Under the pieces are notes generated by a model that was given only the letters and a program-made list of their open reading frames with translations, did no database searches and was not told the origin of the DNA. From Ginkgo biloba (taxonomy: Eukaryota; Plantae; Ginkgophyta), in NCBI GenBank assembly GCA_024626585.2, contig JANKJI020000002.1:196099923-196120752 (forward strand): DNA of 20,830 nucleotides. The letters are read 5' to 3'. Both the position numbers and the translations under genes were made by a program. Shown one piece after another: positions 10,431 through 20,830 of the stretch; the stretch's first letter is position 1; each line of letters starts with the position of its first letter.

Positions 10431-10712
10431 TTTTTCCTTCATCTGTTTGTCTACCATATTCTTTGTCCATTCACTCCAGGGAAAATTCTCTTTTTCTATT
10501 TTTCCTTTTCCTTCATCCATTTGTCGAACGGATTCTTTGTCCGTTCACTCTAGGGCAAATGCTCTNNNNNNNNNNNNNNNNNNNNNNNNNNNNNNNNTTC
10601 TAATGAATTCTTTGTCCATTCACTCTAGGGAAAATATTATTTTTTTGTTTTTCCTTTTCCTTCATTCGTTTATCTGACGGATTCTTTGTCCATTCGCTCC
10701 ATGACAAATAAA
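10431..10712. repeat. Tandem array, about four copies of 74 bp
   Basis: ATTCTTTGTCCRTTCRCTC at 10458, 10532, 10607 and 10681. Confidence 0.95.
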
Positions 10713-10859
10713 TTCACCCATTTGTCTATCGAACTCTTCTGTTTATCTAACGAATGCTAGTTCTTCTCTTCTAATGTCTTCTCAACCTCTTTTTAGGCCT
10801 TCTTCTGTCCTTATTTTCTACCCGACCACTACAATGATAACACATTTAATTAAAAGTTT

Positions 10860-11345
10860 TAAGTTAGCTATTTGTATTTCCTCCACTTTGACGTTGGTTT
10901 GTTTCGCCAACTCAAGTGCTTTGGCTACCTAGTCTTTGGTTAACAACTCCTCAATCACGAGCTCACTCTAACTCTATAAGTGTTTGACAGCTACAGTCGA
11001 AGTCAGAATTAGGGATGGAGATGTTATGAATAGACCTACTACGAATGTTGTTGATTGTCTTTCAACAATTTGCTCTATCAATTTTTTGCTTTCTAAAATG
11101 CCTACACTGTCTTTTGGGGATATAGAATAGTGAAGAGTCATTAGCGGTGTTGTCAATGGCATGCAAGGGTCTTTCTCCAAAGTCGGAGTTGTCTGTGTTT
11201 GTGTAGGATTATCAAACAAGTCTTCAACATCAATCATCAATGTCATCTCTTGGGACTCACCTTCCCATACTACAATACTCTCCCATTCCCGAACAATACG
11301 TTTCAATATCCTCACAAGAATGTTTTGTTGAGACATTACTGACAA
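10860..11345 (-). pseudogene. ORF remnant upstream of gag (extra 5' ORF or displaced gag N-terminus)
   Basis: 123 open codons (10974-11345) continue in frame through stops as SELVIEELLTKD*VAKALELAKQTNVKVEEIQ. No recognisable domain. Confidence 0.45.
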
Positions 11346-11905
11346 TTTGCCTTTGACTTAAAAATTGCTACTAGGATCTTTGGGAGGAGGACAACAATGG
11401 TACTGAAGTCAAAAATTAAATGGTTACATTACTAAAAATTTCATCATTTTTGGGTAGCGTCCAAATCATCTTATTGAATCAAGATCTATCGCAAAGGGTT
11501 AGGCAATGCATCCATTCATTATAGTGTCTCGTGACTATTTGCAATGCAATCAAGATTGGTCTAGACTTTACTCATTATGCCATGCTTCCATCGAAACTAT
11601 CATCCATCAACATTCAAGTTCATGCATCTACTCAGCCAACAATGTTAAGATGATAGCCAAGAACAATCCAACATGTTCAATGTGAATATTTCCTTCAAAC
11701 TCCAACATTGTGTGATGATTATTCTCAATTTCAACAACAATATGGTTTTCCCTAAGTTGATTCTACCGCAACGAAAGTCAGCTTTACCAACACATCATCT
11801 GCCACACCTCTAGTGAATAGGGACTAGAACTCGCATGCATCATCAAACATAACCCGTCCCAACAACCGTTGGGGGACATCTCTCCCTTACTTTCCCTAGT
11901 CTTCC

Positions 11906-11923
11906 GCCCCATGCGAAGAGCCA
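11906..11923 (-). promoter_or_regulatory. Degenerate primer-binding site, closest to tRNA-Lys
   Basis: Minus strand TGGCTCTTCGCATGGGGC is 12/18 identical to TGGCGCCCACCGTGGGGC and lies 3 nt (TTT) from the presumed LTR end. Confidence 0.5.
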
Positions 11924-11926
11924 AAA

Positions 11927-12503
11927 TCATATTATCCATTATCTGCAAGTCTCAATCACAACAGGTATCACCGATCTAGATTAATTCCCAACAATGTCTG
12001 ATGATGAGGATAAATTCCCAAGTTACGAATCTAGATTAACATTGAGACTTCAACCAAGCGTGCAAATATCAATCACATCAATGAAGGGACATTTGGATGT
12101 CAACAACAACAATATACCTCATCAAGCATATGTGAAATACATAGAAGATCATTAGATAATTGGAGCAATATATGCATGATGATGATGAATACACAAAACA
12201 ATAGGGGATGCTTTATAGGCAGGAAAACCCCAATACCTAGTTGTGGGGGGTTGTTGATGATAGTTGTGCAACCGAATCACCAACATTTGCCTCCTAAAAA
12301 CATAATCAAATAATAAGATAGCCCCCCTAACTAATCGTCAAATGGTCTTGGGGTAATTCCCATACATTTGGGCGATGCATGAATGTTGTCCACTAGTCAT
12401 TCATCGACGTCTGACTATTCCCACTAACATCCTATAACAGCTAAGGCTTCTCTTGACCCATTCAAAGTGTGAAGACTTACTACATCCAAAATAGTCACTA
12501 ACA
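11927..12503 (-). repeat. 5' LTR of the main element (~577 bp)
   Basis: Begins TGTTAGTGAC on the minus strand and is homologous to 1090-1395. The inner boundary is inferred only from the PBS, and the terminal CA is not intact. Confidence 0.8.
12212..12220 (-). promoter_or_regulatory. LTR TATA box
   Basis: Minus strand GCCTATAAA, conserved as GCCTATAA in the 3' LTR (1105-1112). Confidence 0.7.
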
Positions 12504-13074
12504 ATCTACATCACTCTCCCATGGCATTTGAAGCATAAGATGTTGAGATTTGCGGAAAAAAACATGAATTGTTTTATAATAGTCTATAAAAGGCCAAAAA
12601 TGCATTTTTGTAGCCACTTAAATTTTCTACCAAAAAACTTAGATAAGTTTATTTAGCGGAGATCCCTCAGGCACTATAAGACCTATTGTACCTTATGTTT
12701 CTTTAGTTCTTTTTAGTAATGTTTCTTCATAAAATAGGCATGTTCACTTAAATGAGATACAACACAGTCATTCAAGATGTTTGTTGCCCCCTTGAAGGCA
12801 AGCATAGCACCCTTGTACATGAGACCTACTCACCGATAATGGAAATACAATGAATTTGCCTTAGGCAATCCCATTGCTATGTTATAGATGCATGTACTTT
12901 CTAATCCCATTGACCACATATGGTTATTTGAGGACGGTGATATGATTTCTTTCTTTCTACATTGAATCAACTACCCTTTCTATCCAACAAAACATNNNNN
13001 NNNNNNNNNNNNNNNNNNNNNNNAACATTGTGCAAAACATGTTTTTCTCAATGTTACCTTCACCTCTAAGGATT

Positions 13075-13440
13075 CTAGTGGTAGGCTCATTATAAACCAT
13101 TAAAAAATCTCTCATCTGTTGGCCTTGAATCCTAAGAGTCCTACAATTCTTCGACAAATTTATATCTAAAATATTAATTTCTTTTACAAGCCCATGGGAC
13201 AAGAGTATAACATCTAGTGTTGTAGATGGACAAGCATCAATATCAAGGGCAATACAAGTACAAAAAATGTAAGATTTGGGGATTTTGGTGATAGCCTTTT
13301 TATGAACCATTAAAAAATATTTAATCTTTAACAAACTTAAATCTAATCTTTTTTTTTTTTAACCAGCCCATGTGATTAGAGTATAACAAATAGTGTCAAT
13401 GGATTGACATCAATATCAAGTACACAAAACAATGTAGTGA
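13075..13440. repeat. Old imperfect tandem duplication (~180-210 bp unit)
   Basis: AACCATTAAAAAAT, AGCCCATG..AGAGTATAACA..TAGTGT and CATCAATATCAAG each occur twice in the same order. Confidence 0.8.
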
Positions 13441-14217
13441 CAAACAACGCAAAAATATTGAGGTAGAAGAAAATGAATAAACTACTTATGTGGCAAAAAC
13501 AATATCAAATACAAATAAGAAGATCAAATTCAATGTTAAATAGTCATTATAATATATAATTTTTTATATCTTTAATATTGATGTGGTTTGAAGCCTCCAT
13601 ATTTGACTTTAGACATCATATCTATTTATTAATTTAGAATTCTATTTTTGTCCTTCATATCCTTTTATTTCTACCTATTCCTAAAAATCCTATTATTATT
13701 TCTAAAAAAAGAAAACACAAAAGAATTAGAATTAANNNNNNNNNNNNNNNNNNNNNNNNNNNNNNNNNNNNNNNNNNNNNNNNNNNNNNNNNNNNNNNNN
13801 NNNNNNNNNNNNNNNNNNNNNNNNNNNNNNNNNNNTCACATCACATAAGATTACAAGAGTTGATGTGAGTGTCTTACTTGTGGGTATTAATGCAATTTTT
13901 GCAAACATTAGTGGCTTTATTGAGATGTCAAGTGTAACCACTAGCACCACAACTATAGTTATAGATGATGGCACACAAAGGATCATGAATGTTACTTATT
14001 AGATTAACAATTTGGTGGTACAATCTCTATAAAATCTATGAGCATGTTGTTTAGCCANNNNNNNNNNNNNNNNNNNNNNNNNNNNNNNNNNNNNNNNNNN
14101 NNNNNNNNNNNNNNNNNNNNNNNNNNATACAAATCTTGTTCTTCTAAATCATCTTCATTTTAATAGTGGTGTGTGCTCTTCTTTCTAATAGCTATAATTA
14201 GTGGTGTAATCACAAGT

Positions 14218-15190
14218 TGTAAGATTGCAATGACAACTAAGGGAGTAGATCTATAGTTCTTCAAATGCATACTAGATAGACATTAGAGAAGACAAGATTT
14301 TGGTCGTCCTCAATGACCAAATGATTGATGCAGAACTGATGATTTACAAATAAATCATGGATACTTATTGAAACTCAAGAGGTAAGACTATGAAGAGTTA
14401 CAACCATTGGTTGTGACTCATCGTTAATGCTTATTTTTATTTATATTAATTAATATATATCATGTAATAGTCTTGTAACGTATGCTCCCCTTCTACGAGC
14501 AATTTCCACATTGCTCCCTTAGGGTCAGGGATTCATTGAATGAGCTCCAAGCATATCAAAGTTCATTCACTATTTGGTAATAGGATTTGTAAATTAGATA
14601 ATAGCATACCAAATGTTTCATCATACTTTGGTTTGTTCATCTTTTCATGATTTCCCATTGGATTTACATTAGTTGTAGTTGTGACAAGTTAATTCTAAGA
14701 AATAAGAAATGTGAGCGAAACTTTTCTTCATTTGCAACCTTTACCCCATGCCACCTAAAAGACATAATGCCCTTTATCCTTCTATAAAGTGAGATGTGTC
14801 TTGCCACATTGAAGAATTTCTTTGGAATAATTAAGAATGAAATCAACACTAAAGATTGGATGATTTGACAATGCCATTATGATATGGTTTAAATTTATTG
14901 GTCATATGTTCTTCAATCTCAAGTTTTCTAAGGCATTGTGTAAATTTGTTCTAGTTATTTCTTCCCTTTTCTATTTGCTAATAAAGGTTGCAATACTAAC
15001 AAAGCAGACTAAATGTTAAAGGAGTAAGATACATGAGATATTCATGGAATAGAAGAAAAATCATACAATCAAGACTCTTAATAGACAGTGAAGAATCATT
15101 TGTATGATGCTCTAACCATTGCACCAACCATCCTCAATGAATATCAAGGTTGTAGTCTAGATAGAAATGCTTGATGCATGAATCGAATTA
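14218..15190 (-). mobile_element. Highly decayed 3' end of a chromovirus-like gypsy element
   Basis: Possible chromodomain remnant IIPKKFFNVAR...RRIK...RWHG...EEKFRSHF (about 14700-14835), a hairpin (14497-14516), a PPT-like AGAAGGGGAG (14485-14494), and a putative LTR 14218-14480 whose start reads CG rather than TG. Confidence 0.4.
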
Positions 15191-15261
15191 ANNNNNNNNN
15201 NNNNNNNNNNNNNNNNNNNNNNNNNNNNNNNNNNNNNNNNNNNNNNNNNNNNNNNNNNNNN

Positions 15262-16051
15262 AAGACACATTTCATAAACATATCTCTTCATTACATAACT
15301 AATTTCTTAATCAGGTGCTTGATCTCAACAACTAGGCTACGATACTTCATTGTTTGGCCCAAATGAATGGAGCTAATCTTCTTAGTTGGTTACTTAGTGC
15401 TAACAACCGACGGACACTTTGTTTTTACAAATGTTGTTGCAATTGACAAACAACTACTGCGACCGATGTTGTTGCAATCGATGAAAGTTTTGTTGCAATT
15501 GAAGAACACTTTATTGCAAATGATGCTGCCGCAACCGACGACCAAAGCTACTACAACCAACATGTATAACACCTCAAGCATACAATTTTAGGATGTAATT
15601 GTAGAGTTATTATTGGTTTGTTGATCAAATCTTGTTGTAGAAGCACCGAAAGTTGCAACAACATTGTAGAGAGGTTCAACTTGTTGGGTTTAATTAATGA
15701 TTAGCCTAAATTGCACCTTCCCTACAAGCAACCCAGGTGGAACTATCATAGTGTTTGAGTTGTGATATGCTTCCGATGTGTATGGCACAGGGCCCCAGGT
15801 GTGCACAATCCAGGGTATAAGTTTTATTAGGTTGAATTTGCCTAAAATTTAGTTTGACATCTAATGCAAGGATGGTAGGCTCTTGGAGGTATGTGTTGTG
15901 ATATTGATAACTAATTTATTACGTGTTATATTGTTCCTAATTTCCTAATATCCTCGTATACATTATTGGACCACATGTTTCTAATAAGACTCATGATAAT
16001 AATATCTATCAACTTTCTCACTCTGTCCATGTCCTCTCTAAGTGTCTAACA
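15262..16051 (+). mobile_element. Possible small non-autonomous Ty1/copia derivative
   Basis: QMNGANLLSW (15360-15389) resembles the copia gag N-terminal LNGxNYxxW motif. It is followed by VVAID-type repeats, a weak PPT (TTGGAGGTA) and a putative LTR TGTTG...TAACA (15894-16051). Confidence 0.33.
15430..15545. repeat. Imperfect minisatellite, core TGTTGCAATYGA
   Basis: Three clear and two decayed copies of the core. Confidence 0.7.
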
Positions 16052-16735
16052 AATAACTAACACTTGAAAATATTCTATCTCAATTCATCAATTACTCTAT
16101 TATTTTGGTTTGAATTTCTTACTGTTATTTCTAAGGATTACATATTTTTGTTTTTTATTCTAAGTCTTCTTATATTTCTAGGGTTTCCTATCTTAGGTGC
16201 TTCTAAGTTTCCATGTTGTAGTTATTATTTCTAGGGTTTCTTGGTTATTTTTTAGGGTCTCTCATGTTGCTAGGATTTCTACTCTATCTACCATGTCTTA
16301 TCTTTTTATTTTGTATTATTTACTAACTTATTATGGCACATCTTCTAGTTTGTTATGTGCTTATGTATATATATTTGCTTATGGTTTGTTACATGTTAGC
16401 TTTAATTTCTATCATAANNNNNNNNNNNNNNNNNNNNNNNNNNNNNNNNNNNNNNNNNNNNNNNNNNNNNNNNNNNNNNNNNNNNNNNNNNNNNNNNNNN
16501 NNNNNNNNNNNNNNNNNTTTATTCACTTTGGCTATTAAAGCAATAATTTTATCAAGACATGGTCCTTTACTTGGCTTTCATTTTGGCATTCAAACAATTT
16601 TCTCCTGCTAACATAAATGTTTATTAGCCTCTTCAAGAAAGGTACAGAAATATTTCATTACTACAACAATTGTTCCTTTATAGTAGGGAATATTGCTACA
16701 TTCATAGGTCCCATGGAGGAGGATTGAGTTTCATC

Positions 16736-17167
16736 AAGGAGGGGATAGTGATACATTGGGTTATATATACACATTAGTTATGTTACATCTATTACTACAA
16801 GTCACCAAGTGAGTGTCGCATCTTACCAAATTATATTAGTGATGCATACGGCTTGGGGTCACTACATTTGGCAAGTCTAAATCTACCTATATATGGGTGG
16901 TTGCTTTAGTAGTTATGCCTTGAGTTGATTTGTCAATGCAATCCTACCTAAAGGTTTGTAACAGATGCCACTGCAAAATGGGTTGGTCCAAAGCCATGTC
17001 ATCTTAGCTGATTACCTTGATAGTTCCACCCATTGTTGATTTGTCAGTGTAGTGAACCCAACAAATTGGAGTTAGTTGCACTAGAGAATGTTGGGTCTAA
17101 AGATACCTAGCGGTGGGTAGTTTCTTCATTAGTTACATGGATTGAATTATCTTTGTAGTGATATCTA
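16736..17167 (+). mobile_element. PPT plus putative orphan 3' LTR
   Basis: AAGGAGGGGATAG (16736-16748) is followed by TGATAC, with CCTATATAT near 16886. The right end is uncertain. Confidence 0.42.
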
Positions 17168-17520
17168 AGATTTGATGGTAACTAGCAAGGTATGATGTCA
17201 CATGCACACATTTGTCCTTCTACTTATAGATAAATAGCAATATTGGGCAAAATTCATGATATAGGGGCAAGCTAATAACTAATCTAAGGAAAAGATTCAA
17301 TAATATTTTCCTTTCTTCTCCTCTTACTTAGTAGAGTTAAATAGCATTGTGTTTTTTTTTTTATTTATTTTTTTCTACTTGACTTTGTTGGTTTTGGTGA
17401 ACCACAAGTAAATTACCCTTTTTTTCTTTATTCTATTTATTTTTTCTTTTGTTGTTCTTAACGTAACTTCAAGTATAGATTAATTTCCTTTTCCTTTGCT
17501 TTTATTTGAACTTGAGATTC

Positions 17521-18410
17521 AGGGAAGACTATAAATGATCCTTTCCTTTCCTTTGTTGGTACTATCCCTTGATTCTTGATTTGCTTGATTGGCATAATGG
17601 CCTCCTGGCCTTCCTCCATGTCTTCTATTTTATAGGTCAAATTGTTTCTTCCTACAAATTTGTTGGACATAACCTAGTTTCCTAAAATAAAAACAGGTAA
17701 CTTTTCTTGATCATTTATAGGATTCATTATGAACATGAGGTTTTGGCTCCTCATTCCTTTGCCTTGAATTAGGCCTTTGAATAAAAGGCTTTTTGCCATT
17801 GAATTTACCCACATAGGCTCTAGATAATTCCCCATCATCATTCTATTTGAGCATGTGCTCATGTTGTAACAAGAGCCCTTCTAGCTCATTAAATGAGACT
17901 GTGCCAAGTTTGCCAATCATAATCAAGCTTGTAACAAAAATTTCATAAGTCTTAGGAAAACTTTACAAAGTTGTAGCAATCAATTCCTTCGAGATAATTG
18001 TTTCACCCATGGTGCTCAATTGGCTTTTTATGTCTTTAATGTGTTGCATATGATCAGGCATAAAATCTGACAACTTTAAAATGTAAAGCTTATTTCTGAG
18101 CATTAAAGCTCTTGCATCAATTGCATTCTCATAAAGAGAAGTGATCGCCTTCCAGGATTCTTGAGGCATTTTTGCATATTGAACGTTTTCAATAATATTT
18201 CCATTAATTGAAAGATCAATAAGAGCTAGTGTGATTCTACTCTTATTATCGAAGTCAACTTGAGTTGTTGTGACAATTGCATGCCTGACAATGTTTCCAT
18301 CAATGTAGCCCCATAGATCATTTAATAATGTTAAATTTTTAATTTGGTGCTTCCAGGTACTGATATTTTCAATACCGATTAGTTTCTCCATAAGAGCGTT
18401 CAACAGATTT
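17521..18410 (-). pseudogene. gag: Ty1/copia gag (capsid region plus CCHC knuckle), no pol following
   Basis: EKLIGIENISTWK...DLWGYIDG...ESWKAITSLYE...LRNKLYILKL...SQLSTMGE...L*SFPKTYEIFVTSL...FNELEGLLLQHE...CFYFRKLGYVQQIC. One frame, four internal stops. Confidence 0.92.
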
Positions 18411-18451
18411 NNNNNNNNNNNNNNNNNNNNNNNNNNNNNNNNNNNNNNNNN

Positions 18452-19340
18452 CAAAGAAGTAAAAGTTTTCTCCTAATTAGATATAAAAAAAGCGAAAAAA
18501 TGCTCTTTACCTTTAAAAAGCACATTTTTTGCATTACTTTAGCTTTCCAAACTGTCAAAGGGTGTAAAAACCCTTAGAAAATTTATTCTGAATTTTTTAG
18601 AATTTTTTTAAAATTCGTTAGGCCAAAAAAGGCCTTTTTAACATTAAAAAATGACTTTAAAAAAGGACTTTCAAAAAAAAAAAAAATTAGAAAAAGAATA
18701 TTCCAAATCTAATTTTTTTCCTTTTTAAAGACTTCTAAAGTCTAAATTTTGGAAAACAAAAATTTCCTCGCACGGAATTTTTTCGTTGCACACGATTTTT
18801 CCAAATTTTGCCAAAAGGGAAATTCTTTGCGATGGGCAATTGGGTGCAATGCTTATTTTTGGCATAGGTTTTTTTTCTGAATCACGAAATATTTTCAAAA
18901 AAAAAATTGTGGCCATTCCGGCAGATTTCTCTCAATTTGTGCGTGGGCATTTTTCTCCCGACGATGGTTGGTTTTCTTTCTCCCGTGCATTACGCGTTTT
19001 TCTTCCGCAGTGGTGCACGTGGTGGTTTTTCATACCTTGCGCGATCTTCCCTGAGTCTGTGCAACCTTTCCATAGCCTGCACAACCCTAGTTCTACCCTG
19101 CATTGTGCGCAGTTCTTTCCTTCAATGGGTATTTGCCCCTTCAAGCTTCTTCCCTTAGGCGTGTTGCGCAATCCACACAATGCGATGGATCCCTATTTGC
19201 AGTTTCTTCACCGACGTTTGGCCCTACAAACGATCTTCCATAGTGAGAGGTCTTGCATCCAAAGCCTACAAAAAATGATGGATAGTGTTTTATCTCCAAA
19301 AAAAATGTTGGTTTTCCTTGCTCACAAATGTTAGTCCTTT
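18452..19340 (-). mobile_element. Probable 5' internal non-coding region of the copia element
   Basis: Lies directly upstream of gag. A/T homopolymer blocks alternate with a CpG-richer block. No PBS or LTR was identified, so the assignment is inferred. Confidence 0.45.
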
Positions 19341-19797
19341 TCAATGCATGTCAGTTATAGATGCTTCTCACATATGATGATATTTTTTTATTATTACATA
19401 TTATTCCTTTAGTCAATTTTATTTCACAAACTATTTTTGGCATATCTCTAACTATTCCACTTCATTGAATTTCTCTTACCCATTTAAGGTTTTACTTCAT
19501 TTTTGCATATGCAAAAATGTATTTATCCAGGGTTTCACCCTATGAAATTTGAACCAGGGTTTTAAACTTGAATTTTTAGAGGTAGAATCTCTGCTCTAAA
19601 TATTTTTTATCAATCTTGCTCTTGGATTTTTTTTTTAAATTCGATTTTCACTATAAATTCACCCTTGAAGGGTATCCCATGTATTTCTTCCCTGAATNNN
19701 NNNNNNNNNNNNNNNNNNNNNNNNNNNNNNNNNNNNNNNNNNNNNNNNNNNNNNNNNNNNNNNNNNNNNNNNNNNNNNNNNNNNNNNNNNNNNNNNN

Positions 19798-20201
19798 TGT
19801 GCCTCCCAGTTATTTGGGCCAACCGTTCTAACTAAACTGGGTGGAGAAGTCTTTTCTCCGGCTTACACCCACAACAATGGCGCAAGCGATTGACAAGGTA
19901 TTACAACCAAATCTATCAAAGTAAGTTGACTACAAAAGCTAAACACGCAACCTTAGCGGCAAGCACAAGGATGCCAATAGGTGCATGTCCTCATTCTTTT
20001 GTACAATTATTACAACTAAAGTTGCCTTTGCACTTTGGAATATTTTACTCTGCAAATTTTACTACTTTCTCAACTCTATCGCAGAGCTATATTCAGCAAG
20101 CACTCAAGACAAGCTTTTACATGTAGACTTGCACCCCTCTACCCTTCTCTCACCTATGATAGCCCCTAGGAAGGGGGATTATATCCCATGATCGCACAAC
20201 A
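19798..20201 (+). mobile_element. Putative LTR (solo or 3'), left end in the N gap
   Basis: A pyrimidine-rich U5-like stretch ends ...ATCCCATGATCGCACAACA with no PBS after it. Orientation is inferred from composition. Confidence 0.45.
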
Positions 20202-20830
20202 ACAAGCATGAATCGATCTACTTGGTGCTAATGGAGAATGAGTTCAATTTGTTGTCGTTATACACTACTAGACCTCAAACTTTGGCTTCTTGTTCATTAG
20301 TTATAATGGATGTCTTCATCCCTTTCCCTCCTAATCTCTATTAATTAGTCTAGCATCATTTGGAGTGCTTCTCATTGTTGTCTTGATCTCCTCAATGTCG
20401 CTACTATTTTCTCCAGCATAGATTTGTGCACAAATAGAATGGTAATAACAACAAATAAGAGGACTAAATGCCTTGTTTTTCCTTGGGCCTTCGTTTAGTT
20501 TCTACCAGGTCTTGATCACCTCTCACATGCTTAATCCTTTGATTACACCATTGAACAGAGTGCAAAGTTGGCAATTGGAAAAATTAAGGTTAACATTATG
20601 AACGTGAAAATATTTTAAGTCAAACATGAGCGATCAACACCTTTTTTAGGGTTTCCAAAATATTTTCAAGGGCAAGGCACAAGAAAATGGTCATATGGAT
20701 CTTATCCTAAGAGCCCATACGCTCATAAGCCAATACATTTAATTGGTGTTGGCAAGGAAAACGCAGTAGCAATGAAAGCAACAGTGAAAACAACAAAGGA
20801 GCAGTTTCGTTCATCGAACGACCCATTATC

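Larger units (their letters stand above)
1090..12503 (-). mobile_element. Degenerate near full-length Ty3/gypsy LTR retrotransposon, non-chromovirus (Athila/Tat-related)
   Basis: Two homologous LTR segments at a constant offset of 11108 bp, a PPT, a PBS-like site, and gag-PR-RT-RH-IN order on the minus strand. The protease motif is DGGS and no chromodomain is visible. Confidence 0.93.
1019..19797. other. Multiple N runs (assembly gaps) scattered through this span
   Basis: Several runs are about 100 N (e.g. 5329-5428, 8981-9080, 19698-19797); others vary in size (e.g. 405 N at 3658-4062). Confidence 0.9.

Noticed and set aside
10431-10712. CRISPR-like periodicity
   Set aside because: Whole units are homologous with no unique spacers, there are no cas genes, and the context is eukaryotic.
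12780-13334. Possible PPT near 12790 and the 125-aa minus-strand ORF
   Set aside because: No LTR start follows the purine run. The ORF has no motif and overlaps a non-coding duplication.
13836-14060. Ser/Thr/Val-rich frame, possibly a DNA transposon remnant
   Set aside because: No diagnostic residues or termini.
16120-16280. TAGGGTTT telomere-like motifs
   Set aside because: Dispersed and degenerate, not a tandem telomeric array.
18786-19334. 182-aa plus-strand ORF
   Set aside because: Non-ATG start, Phe-rich compositional read and no motif; it lies antisense in a probable TE leader.
2053-19831. ORF-track entries spanning N runs
   Set aside because: Their length is an artefact of X codons; I used them only where flanking motifs were recognisable.
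19878-19890. TGGCGCAAGCGAT after CAACA as a PBS
   Set aside because: No tRNA match that I recognise beyond TGGCGC, and no gag follows.
20250-20830. Possible coding or LINE fragment at the right edge
   Set aside because: No sustained frame or recognisable motif on either strand.

Overview
AT-rich, CpG-depleted eukaryotic DNA from a gapped assembly. The retroelement families resemble those of large-genome land plants, most likely a gymnosperm (inference). I see no intact host gene, RNA gene or CRISPR array; the window is a stack of decayed LTR retrotransposons. The main feature is an old, near full-length non-chromovirus (Athila/Tat-related) Ty3/gypsy element on the minus strand (1090-12503). 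In element order it has a 5' LTR, a degenerate tRNA-Lys-like PBS, an upstream ORF remnant, a 74-bp array, gag with four CCHC knuckles, protease, RT, RNase H, integrase, a repeat-built integrase extension, an extra 3' ORF, a hairpin plus PPT and a truncated 3' LTR. A short non-autonomous gypsy derivative is nested in RT. The right third holds further LTR fragments and a Ty1/copia gag with no pol that ends near an A-tract. All domain calls come from hand translation and motif recognition, not database searches. The most promising novelty is the extra coding capacity of the main element.
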